IMG/VR virus record: IMGVR_UViG_2547132488_000014
Location: 1-11,916 of that record
Source of the DNA: a virus
Lineage: Duplodnaviria > Heunggongvirae > Uroviricota > Caudoviricetes
Direction: 5' to 3' (one strand)
Length of the DNA stretch: 11,916 nucleotides
Within the stretch, counting starts at the first letter, position 1, and each line of letters begins with the position of its first letter. The position numbers and the translations under genes are program-made. The notes below the pieces were generated by a model. That model searched no databases and was not told the origin of the DNA. It saw only the letters and a list, made by a program, of their open reading frames with translations. Below, in pieces: positions 6,487-11,916 of this stretch.

Positions 6487-6650
6487 TCACGGTTGTGTGC
6501 TTTGAGCACATAGAAGACTTTGTGGCAGATATTGCCGTTATTTTTAACTGGTCGCCCGCCGAAATCTTCATGATGACGCCCGGCGAAGTGGTTAGCTGGC
6601 GTGAGCGGGCGGCACTTCGCAGCGGGAGGGCAGACAATGAAGACTCTTGA
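6121..6650 (+). CDS. E': Tail assembly chaperone E+E', product of a programmed -1 ribosomal frameshift near 6432-6438
   Basis: The -1 frame ORF 6414-6650 overlaps the 3' end of E and ends at TGA 6648-6650, overlapping the tape measure start. The heptamer T TTT TTG sits in X XXY YYZ register in the E frame. Same architecture as P2 E/E'. Confidence 0.75.
6432..6438 (+). other. Slippery heptamer TTTTTTG (programmed -1 frameshift site for E/E')
   Basis: E-frame codons AAT TTT TTG place the heptamer in X XXY YYZ register; the -1 frame is open from this point to 6650. Confidence 0.75.
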
Positions 6651-9444
6651 TATCCGGGTCGCTTTCAGCGCCGTTGACAGGCTGACCCGGCCTGCCGAAA
6701 ACGCCCGCCGCCTGATGGGGCAGTTTGGTGACTCCATCCAGCGAACGCAGGGGGCGATCAAAAATCTCGAGCGTCAGGCGCGTTCATTTGAGCGCGCCCG
6801 CGACGCTGTCAGTAAAGCGGATGCGGGCATCGTGAAAGCACGACGCCAGCTTAACGCCCTTAATCAGTTACAACGCACGGGTACAGTGCTCAGCGAAAAA
6901 CAACAAAAGCTGATGCAGCAGTTAAGCACCCGGCTTGAACGCCTGAATGAATCGCGCACACGGGAAATTCAGAAAATGCGGGAACTTGGCGGAGAGCTGA
7001 AACGCCACGGCATTTCCCTGACAGGCAGCGATAACACCATCCAGCAGGCCATCAGACGCACCGAACAGTACAACAACCAGCTTGAACGCGAACGGCAGGC
7101 GCTTGCGCGTGTAACGCGGGCGCGTGAGCGGTATTCGCGCGCGCAGGAAACCGCGGGAAAACTGAAAACAGGTGGTGCGCTGGCAATTGGTGCGGCAGCG
7201 GCTGGCGGCTATGCTACCGGGCGTTTTTTGCAGCCTGCGATCGGGTTCGGGAAAGAGATGTCCCGCGTTCAGGCACTGACGCGAATCGACCAGAACAGCC
7301 CGCAGTTTAAGGCGCTGCGTGAGCAGGCGTTAAAACTTGGCTCTGAAACGCAGTTCACCGCAGGCGATGCCGCCAGTGGACAGGCATTTCTTGCAATGGC
7401 TGGCTTCACTCCACAGGCCATTCAGGCTGCGCTTCCCGGCGTGCTGAGCATGGCAACGGCTGGCGGTATGGATCTCGGCGAGACGGCAGATATTGGCTCA
7501 AATATCCTGACGCAGTTCGGCCTTTCTGCTGACCAGATGGACCGGGTCGGTGACACACTCACCGCAGCGTTTACCCGTACCAACACTGACCTTCGCGCAC
7601 TGGGCGAAACCATGAAATATGCAGGTCCGGTGGCGGGTAAGCTGGGAATATCGCTGGAGCAGGCCGCAGCGATGGCTGGCGTGCTGGCGAATATGGGCAT
7701 CAGAGGGAGTGATGCCGGGACGGCAATGCGTGCCAGCCTGGCTCGTCTGGCATCACCGCCAAAGGCGGCGGCAGAGGCGCTGAAAGAGCTTGGTGTGGCA
7801 GTTTCTGACGCGAACGGCAAAATGCGCCCGATGGAGGATGTGCTGGCCGACCTTTATAAAGCCACCCGCAAATACGGGGAAGTTGACCGGGTATCCTTCT
7901 TTAAGGACATCGCCGGGGAAGAGGCTTTCACATCGTTTATGGCGCTCGTTGATGCGGCAGGTGACGGTTCCTTACCCAAACTGAGAAAAGAACTTGAAGG
8001 CGCACGCGGTGAGGCTGAACGCACGGCAAAGGTTATGGCCAACAACCTTGATGGCGATCTGAAATCACTCGGCAGTGCATGGGAAGGGTTGCGCATCCGC
8101 ATTGCAGATCTGATTGACGGCCCGCTGCGTTCTGTCACGCAGTGGCTCACGCGGGTGGTATCAAGGGTGACGGCGCTGGCGCAGGCCCATCCGGCACTGA
8201 CGCGCCAGTTACTGATAGCAGGCGGTGCGTTGCTGGCAATGACTGCAACGATTGGCTCGTTGTCGCTGGTTATTGGCGTGCTTCACGGGAAACTGGCCAC
8301 GTTACGTCTTGGTTTTTCTCTCCTGACCGGATCAATGAATGTCGTCAGGGTGCTGCCAGCACTATGGGGAATGGTAACAGGTTCCATCTCGTTGCTGGGT
8401 GGCGCTATCGGGGCGCTGTTCAGTCCGGTCGGATTGATTGTTGCCGCGTTTGTGGCTGCGGCGGTTCTCATCTGGAAATACTGGGAACCCATCAAGGCGT
8501 TTTATGCCGGGGTGTTCAGTGGGATTATGGAACGGCTGGCTCCGTTGCGCGAAACCTTTGAACGGTTTGGTCCTGTTTTTGATGTCGTGCGCGATGGGAT
8601 TATTCAGCTCTTTAACTGGTTTAAATCGCTGCTGTCACCGATGGAGTCCAGCAAGGAAACGCTGGATAAATGTACCAGTGCTGGCGAGATATTCGGTAAC
8701 GTTCTTGGTGGCGCGCTACAGCTTGTTCTGACGCCTGCAAAAATGCTGCTGGATACGCTGGCGTGGATACTTGAAAAACTCGGTGTGCTTCCGGATGAAG
8801 CGGAAAGGGCGAGAAAGAAAATCGAAGACGCACAGCGTGCGGCCATTCTTCAGGACAAGGTTGCCTTGCTTCAGGGGGACCTGGCGAAAATCAATCCGCC
8901 GAAGCCTGTGGAAAATGGCAATGGCACCGGAGGTGATAAACCCAAAGACAATAAACCGCTCACAGACAGCAACACCGGAACGCTACGCAGGCTCAGCAAA
9001 ATTGCTGATAACACAGGTAAGCTGGTTGATGAGACGAAAAAACGCATTGGCCCCGGCGATATTGTCTTTAAGAACCTGCCCCGCGCACTTGCTGTTCGTG
9101 GGGAGTGGCAGGAGCGGAAGATTGCGCAGGTCAGTAAGCCTGCCCCCGCAATTAATATCCCCCCCGTGGTCCCGGCTCCGCTGCCTCCGGCGCTGGTCCC
9201 TGTTGTTGCGGCCAGCTCCCGCCCGGTGGCGGAGGCCATACGATCGCCAGTGGCATCAGTTCCTGTAACTTCCCGTAACCGGGAGCCTGTTGCCTCCGGA
9301 TTTGGTGGTGAAATTCATGTTCATCTGCATAACGTTGTTACGCAGAATCCCCGCGAACTGGCGAAACTGGTCGGTGAAATGGTCAGGGCAGAAATGGAAC
9401 GGCGCGCCCGTGCCGGGCGTGGCAGTTTTTACGATAAAGATTGA
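6637..9444 (+). CDS. T: Tail tape measure protein (gpT)
   Basis: Largest ORF in the window. N-terminal coiled-coil-like region, central Gly/Ala-rich hydrophobic segments, Pro/Ala-rich C-terminal region. Start set at ATG 6637 (MKTLDIRV...), preceded by GGGAGGG, rather than the GTG at 6601. Confidence 0.9.
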   Translation: MKTLDIRVAFSAVDRLTRPAENARRLMGQFGDSIQRTQGAIKNLERQARSFERARDAVSKADAGIVKARRQLNALNQLQRTGTVLSEKQQKLMQQLSTRLERLNESRTREIQKMRELGGELKRHGISLTGSDNTIQQAIRRTEQYNNQLERERQALARVTRARERYSRAQETAGKLKTGGALAIGAAAAGGYATGRFLQPAIGFGKEMSRVQALTRIDQNSPQFKALREQALKLGSETQFTAGDAASGQAFLAMAGFTPQAIQAALPGVLSMATAGGMDLGETADIGSNILTQFGLSADQMDRVGDTLTAAFTRTNTDLRALGETMKYAGPVAGKLGISLEQAAAMAGVLANMGIRGSDAGTAMRASLARLASPPKAAAEALKELGVAVSDANGKMRPMEDVLADLYKATRKYGEVDRVSFFKDIAGEEAFTSFMALVDAAGDGSLPKLRKELEGARGEAERTAKVMANNLDGDLKSLGSAWEGLRIRIADLIDGPLRSVTQWLTRVVSRVTALAQAHPALTRQLLIAGGALLAMTATIGSLSLVIGVLHGKLATLRLGFSLLTGSMNVVRVLPALWGMVTGSISLLGGAIGALFSPVGLIVAAFVAAAVLIWKYWEPIKAFYAGVFSGIMERLAPLRETFERFGPVFDVVRDGIIQLFNWFKSLLSPMESSKETLDKCTSAGEIFGNVLGGALQLVLTPAKMLLDTLAWILEKLGVLPDEAERARKKIEDAQRAAILQDKVALLQGDLAKINPPKPVENGNGTGGDKPKDNKPLTDSNTGTLRRLSKIADNTGKLVDETKKRIGPGDIVFKNLPRALAVRGEWQERKIAQVSKPAPAINIPPVVPAPLPPALVPVVAASSRPVAEAIRSPVASVPVTSRNREPVASGFGGEIHVHLHNVVTQNPRELAKLVGEMVRAEMERRARAGRGSFYDKD

Positions 9445-9450
9445 GGAGTC

Positions 9451-9945
9451 ATGGCCATGATGATGATCTACGGCATGTTTGTTTTTGAGCTGCGCACGTT
9501 GCCGCATCAGCAGTTACAGCAAAACAAAAGCTGGCGGCATGTGAAAAATGAACGCGTTAACCGTTCAGCAAGCTGGCAGTATATCGGGGCAGGCGATGAT
9601 CGCATCGTTCTTTCTGGTGTGCTTTATCCTGAAATTACAGGTGGCGAAGTGTCGCTTTCGTTGCTGACCACACAGGCATATACAGGACGCCCCTGGCCTC
9701 TGATTGATGGTGTCGGGCAGATTTACGGCATGTATGTCCTGACCGGAACGAATACGACCCATTCCGAGTTTGATCGCTACGGTAAGGCGAAAAAGATAGA
9801 ATTTTCACTGACCCTTGAACGCTGTGATGAGGATTTGCGGGGGCGCCTGCAATCCTCATCGTTCAGCGATATGCTGTCCGGCTTCAAAGATAAGGTGACA
9901 GCATCCATTAACAACGCGGCCAGTTCAGTTAAAGGGCTGTTCTGA
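9451..9945 (+). CDS. U: Tail protein gpU
   Basis: 164-aa ORF directly after the tape measure gene, GAGGAG upstream. Start is ambiguous among ATGs at 9451, 9457, 9460 and 9463 (MAMMMIYGMFVFELRT...). Confidence 0.78.
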   Translation: MAMMMIYGMFVFELRTLPHQQLQQNKSWRHVKNERVNRSASWQYIGAGDDRIVLSGVLYPEITGGEVSLSLLTTQAYTGRPWPLIDGVGQIYGMYVLTGTNTTHSEFDRYGKAKKIEFSLTLERCDEDLRGRLQSSSFSDMLSGFKDKVTASINNAASSVKGLF

Positions 9946-9946
9946 T

Positions 9947-10159
9947 TTGGAAGAGCAGAGGCAGCAGGCGGAAAATGAAAAGCAAAGCCTGCTACAGCTC
10001 GTCAGGGATAAAACCCAGCTATGGGACTCACAGCTACGGCTGGGCATCATTTCCGACGAGAATAAACAAAAATTAACCGAGTGGATGCTCTATGCGCAGA
10101 AGGTCGAATCCACAGACACCTCCAGCCTGCCAGTAACGTTTCCAGAACAACCAGAATGA
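9947..10159 (+). pseudogene. Truncated tail fiber assembly protein (Tfa) C-terminal fragment, no ATG start
   Basis: The 70-residue reading frame (..QQAENEKQSLLQLVRDKTQLWDSQLRLGIISDENKQKLTEWMLYAQKVESTDTSSLPVTFPEQPE) aligns with the C-terminus of the intact Tfa on the other strand (..[63 protein letters not shown]). Frame is open only from 9899, has no ATG (first candidate is TTG at 9947, 1 nt after the gpU stop), and lacks the N-terminal two thirds. Confidence 0.6.
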
Positions 10160-10162
10160 AAC

Positions 10163-10189
10163 AAGGCCCGCTATCGGGCCTTAATTTTT
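10163..10189. terminator. Bidirectional Rho-independent terminator between the convergent Tfa fragment and Tfa
   Basis: Perfect 8-bp stem AAGGCCCG / CGGGCCTT with loop CTAT, followed on the + strand by AATTTTTATT. Lies 3 nt after the + strand stop and 5 nt after the Tfa stop on the - strand. Confidence 0.7.
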
Positions 10190-10715
10190 ATTCAGGCTTT
10201 TGTGGCCATTCAGGATTTGCCGTATCCACACGGCTGACCAGAACGCTGTAGCGTTCCCATGCTTCCAGTCGTGTGCGTTCCTCGTCTGTTGCCATATTCA
10301 GCCTGACAGCGCGTTCCAGCGGCTGGATGACTGATTCAGCTTCGGAAATCAACGCGGCCTTTTGTGATTCGGCCTGTTGTTGCTGTTCGTCAGCCGTATA
10401 AATCCGCTTAATCACAGCACCATCCTTAAACATCCATTTACCTGAGTCATCAGCACGTCGGTTGGCGGTAATATCAGGAACCTCGACAACGCTAAAACCT
10501 TCAGGGTTAAGCGTGGAGGCATCTTTGGTGATGGCGACAATAATATTATTTTCGTCGTATACAATCTTTATGGTGTCGTCCTGAAAGTTATTTACTTCCT
10601 CATACCAGTTTTTACCGTCTTCTGTATATAACCAGATAACATCAAAATTCTTTGTTAGCTGACATTGCTCTTTTGTTTTTGGATTTCCTGACTTAATATT
10701 TTTTAAATGCTGCAT
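10188..10715 (-). CDS. G: Tail fiber assembly protein (Tfa; P2 gpG / Mu U family)
   Basis: 175 aa with the conserved Tfa C-terminus (...[27 protein letters not shown]). ATG 3 nt after the tail fiber stop (TAA ATT ATG), AGGTG upstream. Confidence 0.88.
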   Translation of the reverse strand: MQHLKNIKSGNPKTKEQCQLTKNFDVIWLYTEDGKNWYEEVNNFQDDTIKIVYDENNIIVAITKDASTLNPEGFSVVEVPDITANRRADDSGKWMFKDGAVIKRIYTADEQQQQAESQKAALISEAESVIQPLERAVRLNMATDEERTRLEAWERYSVLVSRVDTANPEWPQKPE

Positions 10716-10718
10716 AAT

Positions 10719-11916
10719 TTACACCTGTGCGACGTTATACCATGTGCCATTGATGTATTTTTGTATTGGTCTGAAGATGGCTTCATCATCGCCATCTACT
10801 TCACCAATGATTCTTAATCCGGTAATTGCGTGTCCGGCTTTTTCATAACGACCACCACGCGCCATCAATTGAACAACACGCGTACCCAGGCGAACATCTT
10901 TCACATAACGGGAATCAAAGTTACCGTAATCCGAGGGGTTAACACGCCCTGTAATATTTATGGTTTTATTACTTTGAATGCTGCCGGAGACAAAGCGCAT
11001 AACATGGACGTTATTAGCATAAACGTCCAGATTACCGTCGCCATTTTGTTTAAAGCCCGTGTCATTATCACCCAAAACAATCGAGTTACCGCCAAGAGCA
11101 CTGGATGTTCCGATACCCAGTGCACCATTCAATTGACCACCAGATAATGACAACGCCCCAACATCAGCAGCAGTCGGTTTTATGTGCGAACTGTAAATTA
11201 CATATACAGTCCCATCTGTCAGGCCTGTCGGTTTATTCGCTGTATAAGTTGGTGATGTATGAATTTGTACAGTGGCATCCTTTGTATAATCCCACTGGAT
11301 ATTAACACCCGTGGCGTAATTACCTATTTCTACATAAATGTCATAGGTATCACCGGATGTATTCACCCATGCAAAATTAGTAAATCCAACCGAGGTCCGT
11401 CGCCATAATGCACCAGTAATACCCTTTGGATTTCCATTTCCGGCACGCAGAACCAGCTCAGAGATGCCTGCTTGCTGCGGGGAGCCAACGTTATACCCTG
11501 CACCACCAATCAGACTTATGTAAACCACGGAACTGGCTTGTGGCATTGTTACAGTTGCCAGTTTGAACCATCCAGCACCACCACTAAAAGACATGGTTGT
11601 TGAATTTGTTGTGCCGATATTACGCAGGAATAGTTTTTTATCGGGAATATCTGCGCCGTTCTGGTTTTTCTGTAATGCGCCAGAAGCCTGATTTACCGTT
11701 TCCTGTAAACCGAGGTATTCGATAACGGCGGCAACGGTCGATTTCGCAAGAATATCCCGCCCTACTTTTGTCAGAGTTGCCAGGCTGGCGACATCATTCC
11801 CCGTAAAATACGGAAACCTGTCTGCCGCAGTAGCAAGCCCGGCCAGCGCCGTCAGGGTGGCATCTTTCGGTTGCTTACCCGCAAGCGCGTTAGTCATGGT
11901 GGTCGCAAAATTCGGG
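10719..11916 (-). CDS. H: Tail fiber protein (P2 gpH-like), C-terminal part; 5' end lies beyond the right window edge
   Basis: Frame is open to the window edge with no stop upstream of the listed Met at 11897, so the gene is 5'-truncated by the window. Contains the tail-fiber junction motif ...LTALAGLATAADRFPYFTGNDVASLATLTKVGRDILAKSTVAAVIEYLGLQET... followed by a Gly/Ser/Thr/Asn-rich distal region. Directly upstream of Tfa. Confidence 0.85.
   Translation of the reverse strand, partial: PNFATTMTNALAGKQPKDATLTALAGLATAADRFPYFTGNDVASLATLTKVGRDILAKSTVAAVIEYLGLQETVNQASGALQKNQNGADIPDKKLFLRNIGTTNSTTMSFSGGAGWFKLATVTMPQASSVVYISLIGGAGYNVGSPQQAGISELVLRAGNGNPKGITGALWRRTSVGFTNFAWVNTSGDTYDIYVEIGNYATGVNIQWDYTKDATVQIHTSPTYTANKPTGLTDGTVYVIYSSHIKPTAADVGALSLSGGQLNGALGIGTSSALGGNSIVLGDNDTGFKQNGDGNLDVYANNVHVMRFVSGSIQSNKTINITGRVNPSDYGNFDSRYVKDVRLGTRVVQLMARGGRYEKAGHAITGLRIIGEVDGDDEAIFRPIQKYINGTWYNVAQV
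11700..11725. other. gix/cix/pix-like 26-bp sequence (candidate Gin/Pin-family DNA invertase crossover site) inside the tail fiber gene
   Basis: TTCCTGTAAACC GA GGTATTCGATAA compared with the Mu gix site as recalled (TTCCTGTAAACC GA GGTTTTGGATAA): 24 of 26 identical. Encodes the IEYLGLQE junction of the fiber protein. Confidence 0.45.

Noticed and set aside
6601-6636. GTG start for the tape measure protein (947-aa version)
   Set aside because: The ATG at 6637 has a better placed GGGAGGG Shine-Dalgarno and begins right at the E' stop, as expected for coupled translation.
7422-9268. ORFs inside the tape measure gene on both strands (7422-7820, 7854-8150, 8142-8561, 8283-8495, 8438-8731, 8604-8846, 8771-9268, 8871-9239)
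   Set aside because: All overlap the 2.8-kb tape measure ORF in alternative frames; Ala/Arg/Ser/Pro-rich translations are typical artefacts of GC-rich coding DNA.

Overview
The window is dominated by a P2-like (Peduovirus-type) myovirus tail module, most likely in an enterobacterial prophage, with a block of accessory genes at the left end. Calls rest on manual translation and recalled family motifs; no searches were run. Tail genes on the + strand: sheath FI, tube FII, chaperone E with its -1 frameshift extension E' at a TTTTTTG site, tape measure T, and gpU. On the - strand: gpD followed by the late-gene activator Ogr, and at the right end a tail fiber gene (its 5' end lies beyond the window) with its assembly chaperone Tfa. 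The orientation is not the canonical co-directional P2 order H-G-FI-FII-E-T-U-D-ogr: the FI-to-U block is inverted relative to both flanks. A truncated second Tfa C-terminal fragment sits just after gpU, convergent with the intact Tfa, and the fiber gene carries a sequence resembling a Gin/Pin-family invertase crossover site; together these suggest a decayed or rearranged host-range switching region. Downstream of ogr, where P2 has attP and int, there is instead a cargo block: a 46-codon hok/gef-family toxin gene missed by the ORF track, a zinc-ribbon/TM2-domain membrane protein, and a Mu com-like zinc-finger gene overlapping a beta-class DNA amino-methyltransferase, with three GATC sites in its upstream region. 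The leftmost ~900 bp is strikingly AT-rich and carries the first 167 codons of a Walker-A ATPase running off the window edge, preceded by a 45-bp perfect palindrome and nine perfect tandem copies of an 8-bp unit. This ATPase locus is the best candidate for an undescribed, probably defence-related system, but most of it lies outside the window. No integrase, capsid gene, tRNA or CRISPR array was seen.
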